Made by a program: the position numbers and the translations under genes. Below the pieces are notes generated by a model, which saw nothing but the letters and a program-made list of their open reading frames with translations, was not told where the DNA came from and made no database searches. From NCBI GenBank assembly GCA_964016885.1, contig OZ024740.1, positions 189,658,001 through 189,722,000 on the forward strand: a stretch of 64,000 nt of DNA, read 5' to 3'. The stretch is from Eledone cirrhosa. Lineage: Eukaryota. Positions 13,485 through 26,238 of this stretch are shown piece by piece (position 1 is the first letter of the stretch; each line of letters starts with the position of its first letter).

Positions 13485-13487
<3 letters not shown>
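12357..13487. mobile_element. Non-coding element in (TA)n with ~170-bp inverted repeats (12357-12529 / 13268-13439)
   Basis: ATTGTTATACTTGGGGAGGGTCATATTTG... mirrored by ...CAAATATGACCCTCCCCAAGTATAACAAT; related pieces at 24429-24580 and 60430-60626. Confidence 0.75.
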
Positions 13488-13532
<45 letters not shown>

Positions 13533-13589
13533 GTATGTATATATATATATGTATGTGTTTGTATATGTATCTGCATGTGTATATATACA

Positions 13590-16500
13590 CATGGGACTTG
13601 TTGATGGACATAGCAAAGGCAGCACGAAGGGGAAATTGGGTTCTTTTAAAAGAATAGGGTGCATCCACTCCTGATGAAGTAAGAGTTACTGTAGGTAGTA
13701 AAACATCTTCTCATTTTCCATACTCCGACATAATCGTAGCATAAATAATGTGCTGTGATATCCTATTGAAAACAAGGCGTGTACCATTGCAAAGCTTGGG
13801 AGGGGTTATATTCCTGAGAAGCATAACAGGACATCCTTCCTTGAAAGACAAAATATGTTGAGGTAGATGGGAATATCCAATGAATTGAGCAATTCACTAG
13901 GATAATTGACCGCATCATGTGGTTCAACCTTGGTATCAATAAACTTAAAAGTCGTATCATTTCCATGGAAGACTTTCAAGCATTTGGCGATTAAAGCGGA
14001 GACAGGGACATTTGTAGGAGCTAATATAGCCCTCTCACATAACCATGTATGATTACGGTAATTATCTGCCAAGTTGGGAAAGACTGCTGCCTTGAGATCT
14101 TCGACAGCGTTAAACAGACAGCATATATTGTCGAGTGCAATGTCTCCATGCACATCTGAAGGTACTTTGCCGTCGCCAAGAATGAGAAGGTCTTCAGCAA
14201 ATTTTTCAGACACAGTATCGCCATGTAGTTGAACACACATGTTAGTGGTCAGACGAAGTGTTGTTACCTGTTGCCACAATGGAGAATACTTCAGGCAGGC
14301 CCGAACTTGATCCGCTCTGGTCCCCTTTGGAATAACCGGCAAAGTTTGTCGAAAGTCCCCTGAAAGCAAAAGAGTTATACCCCAATGGTCTCCTGACGGT
14401 CTCTAATGTCTTTCAGTGTTCTATCTAAGGCTTCAACAGCTCCTTTGTGAGCCATGGTGCATTCATTCCACACAATCAGTTGGCACCGTTGTAGCAGTTC
14501 TGCTCTTGGACTATCCTTGGTGATGTCACAGATCAGTGTTTCAGCTAATACCAAGTTAAGCGGAAGCTTAAAGGTAGAGTGTGCTGTTTTGCCGCTAGGA
14601 AGTAGTGTTGCTGCAATACCGGATGATGCAACGGCTATTGCGATAAATTCATTCTGTCTAACCTTGGCAAGAAGAAGTTTAGTAACAAAGGTTTTTTCAG
14701 TGCCTCCAGGGGCATCTATAAAGAAGATACCACCCCATCGATGAAATACATAGTCGGTGATAGTTTTGTATGCAAATTGCTGATCAGGAAGTAGTTTTGG
14801 TTCCATTTCAAACACATATCTATCTAGAGTGTTGACATCACAAGATGTTTCTTGGATGATGAGAGTTGGAATTTTATTAGAATCAGTGCGGTGGGTTTGA
14901 GGCAGACCGTATGCTGGCAAGGCATTCCCACCCATAAGGAAAATCTCGTCCTCTATGTCTATAAGCCCTTTATTGTATAAATAATCACTGAAATCTATTT
15001 CTATGTCAGGAAGTCGTAGTTGAGCCTGGTGTAGCAAGTCCTCAGACAGTTGGTTCCGAAACTTCAACCATAATGTGTAGGGATCACACATGTAACATAA
15101 CTGAAGAAGCTTTGCAAAGAGCTCTCTTAGGCTTCCAGCTGAGTGTGATGAAGCGATCTCCACCAAGGTTGCATCCCATCGTGAGTCAACTTTAAGCATT
15201 CCACGAGCCAAACAGGCATCTCTGTATGTAGACCAAACACGATTAGCGTAAGTTCTAAGGTCCTGAAAGCTAGTCGGTCCTTTGACCTCATGCAGTAGCA
15301 TTCGAAGCTAGAAGCACTCGTGTTGATTTGGAGCAATCGTATACACTCGCCCCAAGCAATTAGGGAATTTGATCCCGGGAACTCCAATAACTGGTTGGCC
15401 AGTCTTTCTGCAAATCCATGTTTTTTTTATTCCATGTGTAGTATGATGGCACCTGAGGATACAGCAATGATTTTGCGAAGTCGTCGTATTCGCACAGTTC
15501 GAAAAATCAAGTTGAAGTTGTCTACCTTGGGGTCTGCGCTAATTCAGCGACATTTTTGATGGTATAGTACATCCGTTGACCGTGTTCTAGGTGTACATCT
15601 AATTTTACAATTGAAGGGTGCCTATCATGTATTGGAAAACCAAAGATTCGCCAAAAGGCCTCGCTACTACTTATGTAGCGCCCTACTTGGAATTGCGTTA
15701 CTTCGTCTCTATTGTTTTCGTTGAGTATACCGAACAAAGCAGCGTCAGAACCCTTATTAACATACTTACATATGTATTTGATGCACTTGACGGAGCTGCA
15801 GAATTCAACATTAATGTGTGCTTTGAAAGTACTGAGCAGGAATGGGCAATAGGGAATGATCCATCGGTTGTCAACCTCGCCATTCTCAACCCTTGCCGTA
15901 AAACCTCCCTCTTCACGTAGCCATCATTGCCAGTCTGAGTATCGCGAATAAATTGACGGGGAAATTGTTTAGTACATCTTTTATTGCCTATAACGCATGG
16001 TAAATCAGTTCTTAAACCAGGCCCACGTGGACCATGCACCATATGTGCCCTAACTTTCATGTACATGTCCTTGTCAGTGGAAGGATCGGGTAATTCTGCA
16101 GAGATGATCCTGTCAATGTCGTTAGGACTAACTTTTGCTGTCAACCAAATAAGAATATGAGCATGGGAGAGGCCCCTTTTTTGCCATTCGATTGTGTACA
16201 TATCACATTGAACTGGTCCGAAAACTTCACCTGATTTGATAAGATCCATAAGCTTAAGTAACTTAAGACGGAATACTCTAGCCGCGAGATCATGTCGGCA
16301 TGTGGCGTTCTGACCAGGAAGGAGTTCGCCCTCAATCTCCTTCCAATGGGGTTAAAATTAAACGTTATAAAAAAGTCTGGCCTGCCGTAATGTCGTACAA
16401 TTGTCATGGCTCCCCGTGAAGGTAGATGGCAGAATACATACTTATCCAATACACTCAGGATCTGCATCATTGTTCATTCCATCATGAAGGTGTATGTAAC

Positions 16501-17100
16501 TGTCAGAACGAAACATTTTTTGATTGAGTTTGATAAAACACAATATCTCAGATTCTATTTTTGCACACAGTTGCATACTTGTTGAAAAGGTCTTTTGAGC
16601 GATGGAGGTGACTAAAACAGTCCTCTGTAGTTTTGGTAGAATGAACCTCTGAATTGCTAGATGTACATTGTGGAATGCCAAAATGGTATACGTCCTCTCC
16701 ATATACAAAAAGCAACGAACATTGGAGTGCGTCGTATGATCTGTGTGTTTCACTGATCCGGTAAAGTCCGAGGCCGCGATGCTTGATAACAATGTCACCT
16801 TTGTCGTGCTGATCACCAGTGAGATGTATTGCAACCTCATTGAAAGAAGGTGAATTATAGCGGCCTGCATGTTCTCCAGATGGCCGCTTGTTAGCATCAA
16901 TGACGACAGAGTAATTGTCCACAGGAGCTGTTTCTAACGCGTATTTGAAGCTATGAACGTAGCTGTTATGAAGCATGTCCTGAAGTTCAAAAAGGTGCTT
17001 CAGTCTAGTGTCAGAAACAATTGAGTATTTCCTTGTTGCTTGTGGACAGTCAATTGAGTTTTGTGCTTTTTTCTTTTGGGAAGGCAAATGTATTTCGCCG
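13590..17100 (-). mobile_element. Decayed Helitron RepHel (HUH Rep plus PIF1-like helicase) pseudogene
   Basis: Rep motifs YGRPDFFITF, IEWQKRGLSHAHILIW, DIDRIISAELPD, HMVHGP; helicase motifs FFIDAPGGTEKTF, AVASSGIAATLL..GKTAHSTFKLPL, SGDFRQTLPVI, RAILAPTN, QFPLRAAFAMSINKS; many frameshifts. Confidence 0.93.
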
Positions 17101-17294
17101 TGTAACTTGTTCAAGACAGTTGAGCATGTTTTAACATTCGAGTTATGATTATGTTTTCTTAACTTCACAAGGCATACTGTTGGTTGAGGGAATATTAATC
17201 AAAAGTACCACATGAAAGTATACACTGTAGACTCTACAGTTTTTAAGCCAAGAAAGGAACTTAACATTGTAACTTTAACACAGCTACTGAGCAG

Positions 17295-17324
17295 CCCCAA
17301 GCAACACCAGGCTTTACTGCTAGT
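17295..17324 (+). mobile_element. Possible decayed Helitron 3' terminus (hairpin remnant plus CTAG-T)
   Basis: CCCCAAGCAACACCAGGCTTTACTGCTAGT resembles typical CCCGGGCAACGCCGGG...CTAG|T Helitron ends; opposite orientation to the RepHel ORF. Confidence 0.35.
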
Positions 17325-19837
17325 ATCCTTATATATGCATGTATACATGCTATATTATCATACTGTATATATTATTAGATAGTTAGCCAATGTTGCATGT
17401 ATAAGACGCAGATGTGAACAATCTATATATGATAACTTTCGGGACAGATAAAGGAAGATCACATAGAGTTTAAACATTTTGTGTCGTAACAATATAGGCG
17501 GTTAAATGTCCTCTTAAATGTCAACTTACTACAGATACACTGCTTATAATGTGATGAAAAGCAGGGAGAGCTTTCGTATATGATGTAGGCGCACAAGATG
17601 TTAAATGTTGCTGAAAGGAAAACATTGTGCTGGTTATTGAAAGTGTAGAAATAATTGACAATGTGCATATTATTAACGATTGTTCATATTACGTCCGTGG
17701 TTATGTATCTGAACACGGTATATTGTAAGTTGAGACTATCACAATTAATCCCCTCCTGGGAAATTGAGACAATTACCTTGTTTATATATATATATATATT
17801 TTACGTAGTTTTCTGTCGGGATCTAACTTTTTGTGTAACAATAGAGGCACTACCAGCGTGGGAAGCCTTGTTGCCTCCAGTGAACGAAGGTATACTCACA
17901 CATTACAACCGTACGTTCACAGTAACGGGGTAAATAGTTTTGAACAGAATTTTGGGAGGTATTTTTCGTTGGCACTATGGAGTCTTGAGTATTGATTAAT
18001 ATTTAATTAGTTTGTCAAACTAGGAAAGACCATGCATATGGCGTCTAATCTTCTTAAATTGGTTTATGCTTCTACAGGCCGACAAATAAGATTTACAAAG
18101 GGAAAAACGTGTTTGAGGACGCATACACCCTTGCTTTCTATGTGGCATCTATACACGCATGCATGTGTGTGTGTGTGTGTGAGTGTGTTTCTGTTTGTAT
18201 GTTTGCGTGTATGCCAAAACAATACAAATCAAGAGGATCAAAGAACGCACCGATCAAAACACAAAGTAAAATTTTGAAGCATGAACATTTATGTTAGTCC
18301 TTCATAATTCCGAAGTTTACATAACACCTACTTAAATAAATGTAAACCTCACTACAGTGCTTTGCATTTGTTCACATATTATGCTTTATTAAAAGAAGAA
18401 AATCAAATGAATAAAATACCCTAATTCACTTGTGCATGATAAAATACGTTAGCATCAAGTAAAACAGTAATAAATTTTGGGTTTAGATGAATCCTACAGT
18501 AATTTGTGTTGGTTACATTGACACAAACCTCTTACATCATATGCAGTAATGATGAGATTACGCATTCGGTTATGCAAAAAAATAATAAATCACTTGTACA
18601 AATTCGTTTATTCATTTCCATCATTGTTTATCTTAAAAATGCTGTATTTAGTCTTTTTATTTCTTCTATTTTGTATTATGAATTTTGCAATTCAATATTG
18701 ACTCTTTAAATTGCTTCACATTAGCGGCATACTGACTGCCAACCCTATATTTTTCATTCATTATTCGACAAATTTCGTAGCAAGTAACAAAAGAAGTAAA
18801 TAATGTTCGTTATAAGAAGAAAAAAAACAAACAGAAAAAGTAAACGATATTTCAAATGTAATGAAAAACCATCAAATGTTCAACTTCAATAGAAATAACC
18901 GAATTAAGATTAAATGCGAGAACAATTTTTGAAGTAAAAGAGTAAAATACTTCATTATCAATTAGTTGGTTATTTATTCTATTATATCTTTCATTTCTGG
19001 CTTTTCCTCCCATTTTATTCATTTTTATGCGGAATTTCGTATGAGGGAAAAATCTACTTGATTGCACTTCCTTGTATTCGACATAGATCATAAGATCTCA
19101 ACCATATAGGGAATTTGCATAGCAGTTACACAATATATTATCAGATACAAGTATGCATTCTAAGATTATGTTTTCCCTGTTATTAACCGGAATTATCATA
19201 TCAATTTGGAGTTAGAACTGAATCTATGTAAATCAGATAAAATTTCAAACTCCACTGGATATTTAAATAGTAATATTCTTGTTTATCACACGGCATTTTA
19301 AAGGAAGGGGATAAAGTAATGTTCATCGTCACGTAGAGATCTTCGCCGCAAAAATAGTATGTTTTTCAAACACGTATTGAAAACTCGTTTCAGTCACCTT
19401 TTAAACGCAATGTACTCTTACTCTCACTGATATTCTGCTTCATAATTTAGTAATACTGATTTTTTTGACAAGGCACGGGAGTAACATATTTATACGATTG
19501 GCTATAATTACCCACGATATTCAATACATAGCCTATAGCCAATTTAATTGATATCAGGAAATTATGTATATCAATATTTTTCTTATTCCGTCATGTTTTT
19601 GGGTGTTAGAGCTTAACAGCTTTAACTATGGAAACGATGATATATATAAATATATAAAATATATCATCGTCTAGAATTTGCTGTCGAAACTGCAAGAGCA
19701 CAACCATTGGGCCCCAATGCCCTATTATATTTACATTCAAATATCCCATGTGTCAAGTACTCTGCTGAATAAAGGCCATACTATTTAAAACTCGTAAAAT
19801 CCTGACCTATTTATATATATATGTATATATATATATA

Positions 19838-22095
19838 GGAAAATGTTTAACCCCGACAGCAGAGCTCAAGCCGTTTCGACGGCTATTTCTGGACTAAATT
19901 AGAATTTTTAGCGTGGTAATAAATAGCCGAACTTTTCAAGGGGTAATTCCTTATATGGAAAGATAGTAGTTGTCAAAAGGATTGGTCAAAATTTCTTGTA
20001 AATACAATTAAATCTTTCATGGCAGTGGGTGGGAGTGGGGTGGCTGAACTTGACTGTAGAACAATAAGAAAGTGGGTGGAGCCGGTCAAGCGTAGAAAGT
20101 GAATTCTATTCAGCAAATTCTAAGGAGTGTGTATAAAATTAGGCTAGTTAGGAAGCAGGCGAAAAAGGATTCTGCAGGAAATTTAGAGTGGGACGTTATA
20201 GAATTAAAAGGTTAATAAATTGAAATTAAAAAATAATAAATAAAAAAAGGAAAAATAATAAAATTAATTAGTAAAATGTAATGAAAAATTCCCTAGGGTC
20301 TAAAGCAGTTCCTATATTTTTAGTTGGTATTGCGTTTTTGGCCAATGCTATATATAATTTACTGAACTGGGGCTACTGAGGCTACAAAAGCCCGATGGGC
20401 TGCCTCGGGGTAGGCGAGAGAGGAAAAAGGAAAAAGAAGAGGAGAGGGAGTGGAAGGAAGTGATAAGAATAGATAAAGGGGAAAAAGAAAAGAAAAAAAA
20501 AGAAAAGAAGTATATCTACCTATGTAAGCTGGGATTTCACCTATCTTGTTCGGCAATTGGGGAAAAGAAGGATGTGCAGCCATTGTCTACCCACCCGGGT
20601 CATGAGAGGCTTTGGGGGCGAGGTATGTCCTACGCAATAGGTGTTTACATGCAGTTACACGTTCGTCTTTTTCATGTAAGGGTTGGTCCTTCGTAAACAG
20701 CAGTTGTAATGTCCTCCGATCATAAGTTACATGGACGCCGTCCTCCCGTGTATGAGTTAGCTTTGGACAGTGAACTGCAGGTAATATCGTATGTTAAGTT
20801 ATTATCTTAGAGGTCCCAGATGAGGCCCGAAAGTGTAGTAGCATGACGCCGGGCGGGGTTTCGGAATGTATGTCGGTGTTGGTAGAGCCGGGACTTAAAG
20901 TCACAAGCGGTAATTCCTATAGAGGATTTGTTTGAGGTTTCCGTCCTCGCGTTGCATTGGTAGATCACGTTACGTTCCCGGCATCTGTTGTTGAGGGGGA
21001 ACATAGATCAGTCAGGGCAGTTACACATCCTGGTCGGCTCTCCACTAATGTCTAGTTTGTTTCTTCCATAGGGGTTGAGTTTCTTGTTGTTTGAGGAGGC
21101 GATGTTTTGTGCGAAGCTGGGTGTGGTGCTGTAGAAGAGTTTGATAGTGTTTTTGTTGATTATGTTGTGGTAAGGGTGTTGTGGTTGGAAGTGTTTTTTC
21201 GCGGAGCCTAAAGAAGATTTTCCCGATTGGTGTTGCCACCTCGGCCTTGTGGGGAGGGTTGAACCACGTTATGTACCGTGAGCGGCGGCGTCGCCTGCTG
21301 GTTCCGCTAAAGGAAGCTGGATAAAAGAAGATTTCCTCCCGAAAGCCGCTTCGTTTGAGGGCCTGGTTGTAATGAGGCGCATGTTCATCGAATATCTGTT
21401 CATTAGCGGACAAACGAGATATGCGGAGGGAGATGTTTTTAACCAGGTTATTGGTGATGTTTCTAGGATGGTTAGATCGGTGGTGGATGTAGTGAAGTTT
21501 GTCATTTGGTTTCCTGTATGGGTAGTATAGATCATTTTCGAGGTTGAGGGTGACGTCCAGGAAATTGACTCGGGTTAGGGACGTTTGTAGGGTGATTTTA
21601 AATCCTCAGTCCCGGAAGAACTTAGTTGTTGACGGACCAGGTCTATACTACTGGGGTTGTACCCTTTGAGGGTAAGGAGCCCATCGTCTCGTTACAATCC
21701 ACAGCCGAATGCAGGAAACATTTCGGTTAGTTTATATAGTAGGAATAATCCTATAAGATCAGTCAACTCGGCCGAATCGGTCGCGCCCATACTGACGTCG
21801 AAGAGGGAGTCGGGAGCTCTATTTATCCATATGGAATAGTCGAAAAGGAGGAGTATCTTCCTGACGTGGAGAATGATGTTTCTTTCCTGGTCAGTGATGG
21901 TTGTGAGTGTTTTGGCAAAGTCCAAAGCGGCCGTAAGGAGCGGTAAGGTAATAGAGGCCTAATAGCTCTCTATGTCGAATTGGATACATTTGGTGTCCTC
22001 TTTGTCCTCAATAATCCTGAACCATGAGATGATTCCTGGGTGCTGACCCAAAGGTTAAGCCTCGCGTTTTGCTTAAATTTTGGTATAACGCGTTG
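19838..22095 (-). mobile_element. 5'-truncated Penelope-like element (RT plus GIY-YIG, pseudo-LTR with HHR), Hydra-type
   Basis: Minus-strand MGATDSAELTDLIG, RDDGLL, ITWFNPPH, CNCPD...PLNNRC, IGITACDFKSRLYQH; the 3' end abuts (TA)n at ~19812-19837. Confidence 0.88.
19850..19944 (-). ncRNA. Type I hammerhead ribozyme, U3-A8 core variant
   Basis: Minus strand: ACCCC-TTGAAAA-G..CGGCTATTT(loop)AAATAGCCGTC-GAAA-CGGC(ttgagctct)GCTG-TC-GGGGT. Confidence 0.72.
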
Positions 22096-22499
22096 GGACC
22101 CTATTTGCTCATATACGGTGAGATGGGGAGGGCGAGAGAGATGGAGGTGATGACAGTGGGAGATCGGCTGTTCTTTCTTACTCAGGTTACTATTTCCTCT
22201 AAATGTATTTGTGAGTGAATAATGATAAAAAGAACTTTGTAACGCAAACTGGTGCGAAATTTATTATACATATTCACGTGACAGTCATCAACCAACCAAA
22301 TTAGTTTTCTAAAAAACCTAGCATTTCGAGCCACTTTTTTCCACATGAAACAGAAGTAACATTCGAACACCAAAAAGATGCGAGAAAAACCACAAACCCT
22401 CCATCTCAATTCTACTTTTGAAAAAACATAATAACTGTGAAACCGGTAAAGTAAACAAATACATATTCTTAAATGTATATGGTTAAATTCCTTCATAGC

Positions 22500-23822
22500 G
22501 GCGGGGTGCTGGTGCTGAACTGGCCTGTAGAACAAAGGGGAGGGAGTAAGATGACTGTTTGAGCTGTGGGTGCCAAGCCGGTTAGGCGTTAAGAGAGAAA
22601 TCTTGACAACAATCTTTAATAGGGGTAAGACATTAATTTCAGCATTTAAGAATCAAGGAAGGTTGTTATAGTGTAAGTAAATATGCCAAGTCTAACACTT
22701 AGCTAAAGAGCAAAGCATATAGATAGTAATACTAATTAAATCCATAAAAAAGAAATTTAGTTATCAGTAACTCTAATGCACGGGAAGGGCACCTCAATAC
22801 AGTAATTTACTAGTATTTTCTTTTATAAGGATGCAATAAAAAAACATGACTATGTGTTCGGCCGGTTCTATGTATATTTAACAAGAGTGAACATATTCCG
22901 GGTCCACCTAAGGAATAATAAGAACTGATTATAATAATGTAGATATGCAAAGGTCCTCCTAAGTGTAATTAGAGTGTGTAACTAACGAAGAAAAGACACT
23001 ATTTCTAACTAAGTATGCTTGGGGTTTCCTCTATATTAGTTTGTAATTAGGAGGGAGATACAGCCGAGTTCTACCCTCCTCGGTCATGAGGGGGTTCGAA
23101 GTTAAGATACGTGCTATGTATTCTGTGTTTACACGAGGTAACGAGTTCATCTTTTTTGTTTAACAGTTGGTCCTTTGCGAACAGCATTTGGATCGTTTTC
23201 TCAAAGCATAAATTGCACGGATGGCGTCCTCTCGGGCAAGATTGTGCTTTGGAAAGTATGGTCCATCTTAGATGGTAGGTAATATTGTTGTCTTTGAGGT
23301 ACCAAATGTGGACAGAAAGTGCTGTCGTGTGTCGCCGGGCCGGGTTTATAAATGTTTCTTTGTGTTGGTAATACCGGGTCTTAAAATCGCAGGCAGTTAT
23401 TCCGATGCAGGCCTTGTTGGTACTGGTAGACCACGTTTCTTTCTCGGCCTCTATTTTTGAGGGGGCATGATGATCTAACCCGAGAGTTACACCTTCTAAG
23501 GAGAAGTGGTAAAGTGATGGAGGAGTAGTAATTATTGATGTCGTATTGGATAAAACGGCAATGTTCCTTGTTGCATATGCCGTTGACCAATCAATCACCA
23601 CGAAAGAATTGTTCCACAGTGCAAGAGGGGCCAAACTTCTAATTTCAGGTATAATTCTATCAACAATCCTTGTACTAAGTCTACCTAAATCAAACTTCGT
23701 GGGGTTAATAAGCCGAATAAAGGGGTTGTTCGGAAAATTGGATTTGTGATCCTTCAGGGTAAAGTGGGGAGAAATAGCGTTCAGAGGTTCGGTCCGGTCC
23801 AGGATGTTAAGATCAGAGGTGA
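22500..23822 (-). mobile_element. Internally deleted Penelope-like element (RT N-part fused to EN, plus 3' UTR)
   Basis: LINPTKFDLGRLS..IVDRIIP followed by CIGITACDFKTRYYQH...YHLRWTILS...CNLCFE...LLNKKDELVTSCKH; the UTR near 22500-22590 resembles 20020-20100. Confidence 0.8.
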
Positions 23823-23847
23823 TTATATATATATTATATATATATAA

Positions 23848-24410
23848 TCAAGGGAGTACCATTGAACCACACTGGCATATGGTCGGACTATACTTGTATC
23901 CCTGTGTGTATTAATTACATGTAGGAACACATACTTTTATTATTATTCTCCCCAATGGTAGAGACACTTTTGGTCGTTTGAAAGGCTGCTACATTTAGCA
24001 GTACAGGATTGACCTGTCCATCTTGCTTTTTCCTTTGCACACGGTACTAGACAAAATTGCTTTATCATTCATTTGCTCTCATTCTGAGGCAGTTTGGAAT
24101 GGAGCCAGTTTGTAATTTTAACTCGGGATTTTATATTCTGACGATGATCTCTTTCTCAATGGAAATCCGCCAGGATTAACTATTTGTTTGGGATCTGAAA
24201 CCGCGGTAAGGGCACATATAGTACGTACAGTGAATTTTTTGGAATTTAATTATTATGTTTTAAGATATTTTCTGTATTTACACGCCCTTGATTTTATATG
24301 TTCTGTCTTGTTAATTTATTAACTTGCCATTGAACCACACTGGCATATGGTCTGACTATACTTATGTCCCTATGTGTATTAAATACATGTAGGATAACAT
24401 GCTTTTATTT
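23848..24410 (+). mobile_element. TA-flanked non-coding element, ~1.2 copies of a 468-bp unit, containing a degenerate HHR
   Basis: Direct repeat CCATTGAACCACACTGGCATATGGTC at 23859 and 24327; HHR-like core at 24138-24208. Confidence 0.65.
24131..24216 (+). ncRNA. Degenerate minimal type I hammerhead ribozyme
   Basis: CTGACGA-T-GATCTC...GGGATC-T-GAAA-CCGCGG-TA; palindromic stem III ACCGCGGT; stem I poorly paired. Confidence 0.5.
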
Positions 24411-24576
24411 ATATAAATATATATATATGGTGAGGTTCATATTTGTGTAATAATATTGCCAGAATTAATAACAGAACACACTCACTGTTTGATTGGGTTT
24501 CGCTACTGTGTCTTTTATATCGGTTAATTTAATTTATTCGGTCCTCACACACGATTTCATATCAAGAACCTCGCAA

Positions 24577-24640
<64 letters not shown>

Positions 24641-24643
<3 letters not shown>

Positions 24644-25475
24644 AAATTAAATTAAGGGTTGTCATGTCAGGGAGACATGCGCCATATCCACTGCAGAATT
24701 AGCTCAAAGATTCCAATGAATAGATCCGGACATTTCATATCAACTAGAAATAGATTGACATATATATATATATAAAATAAACATATGGAACAATCACAGG
24801 GAATAATTTGTAAAGTATGTAAGCACATATAGCTAGGTAGGTAACCAATTAAAGTTTAACTAGAACTTCAAATATAGATACCTTTTAAAATGATTAATCT
24901 CCTTTGTATATATTTCTTTAAATAAAAATTATATTTTAACCAATTAATCAGTAATTCACAGTAGTCAAATCCTGTGGGTCACCAAAGGAGAAGAAATAAC
25001 TAACTGCGTTTACAATGCGAATGCAAATCTGTGAATGACTCGAACCACGTGCTGCATTTTTTAAAATACACACATCGCACAGCGTGATCCCAGTGCCGTG
25101 AATAGGATCATCGACAGCTAGAAATAACAGCCGAGTCCATTCAACTGAGTTAGCTCTACAATTAAGGGGCCGTATATATATACAAAATTAATTTAAGGGT
25201 TCTCATGTCTGAGATACATGCGCCATATCCTTTGGTGACCATCCAGGATTTGACTACTGTGATTTACCGAATAATTGGTGAAATATATTTTTTATTTAAA
25301 GAAATATATACAAAGGAGATTAATCATTTTAAATGTATCTATACTTTAAGTTCTAGTTTAACTTTAATTGGTTACCTACCTAGCTATGTGTGCTTACATA
25401 CTTTACAAATTATTCTCTGTGATTGTTCCATATGTTTATTTTATATATAAATATGTCAATCTATTTCTAGTTGAT
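24641..25475. mobile_element. TA-flanked non-coding element with a 541-bp-spaced direct repeat and ~245-bp inverted duplication
   Basis: 24641-24689 recurs at 25182-25230; 24740-24989 is inverted at 25229-25475. Confidence 0.75.
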
Positions 25476-25589
25476 ATATATATATATATAAATGAAGTAA
25501 TTCCGACGGAAAGGTCCAGGAAAAAAGAGTTCACTATGTAGGTTACAGAACTTATTAGTTATGTAATAAACAACATGGGATAATTATTA

Positions 25590-25644
25590 CATTTACCAGT
25601 GGTTTCTTGAAAACAAACAAAATTTGCTTTCAGTCATGAGAATG
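25590..25644 (-). ncRNA. Hammerhead ribozyme remnant with G5->C core mutation
   Basis: Minus strand: CATT-CTCATGA-C-TGAAAGCAAA(ttttg)TTTGTTTTCA-A-GAAA-CCACTGG-TA-AATG. Confidence 0.55.
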
Positions 25645-26133
25645 AAAACATCCTGGTGTGTTTATTGACAGTGGATTTTAAAAACAAAAATATAATATAT
25701 ATGAAAGTGAGGCTGGAGAAGGAAGAAGGAAAGGAAAAAGAATAAATATAATAATAAATATGTATGTGTGTATGTACATATGTGTGTGCGTGTGTGTGTG
25801 TTTATCTACTTTTATATTTATTCTTTTGTATATATATATATATATACACACATACATACATATATATATATATATCCATACATACACATACACATAAATA
25901 CACGCACACACACGCACACACACACATATATATATACACACATACATACACACACATACATACACACATATATACAGCATACATACGTACATACACAATT
26001 AATTATAAGAAAAAATAAAAAAAACATGAACAACCATATAATGCAATAGGCTGTCATATACAAATAAAAAAATATCTAAAAAAAACTAAAAAAAATAGAC
26101 TTAAGAAAATAAAAATTATTATTAAGTTGACAG

Positions 26134-26238
<105 letters not shown>

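Noticed and set aside
13671-13700. CTGATGA motif
   Set aside because: Lies antisense within Helitron helicase coding sequence, with no stem II-GAAA following.
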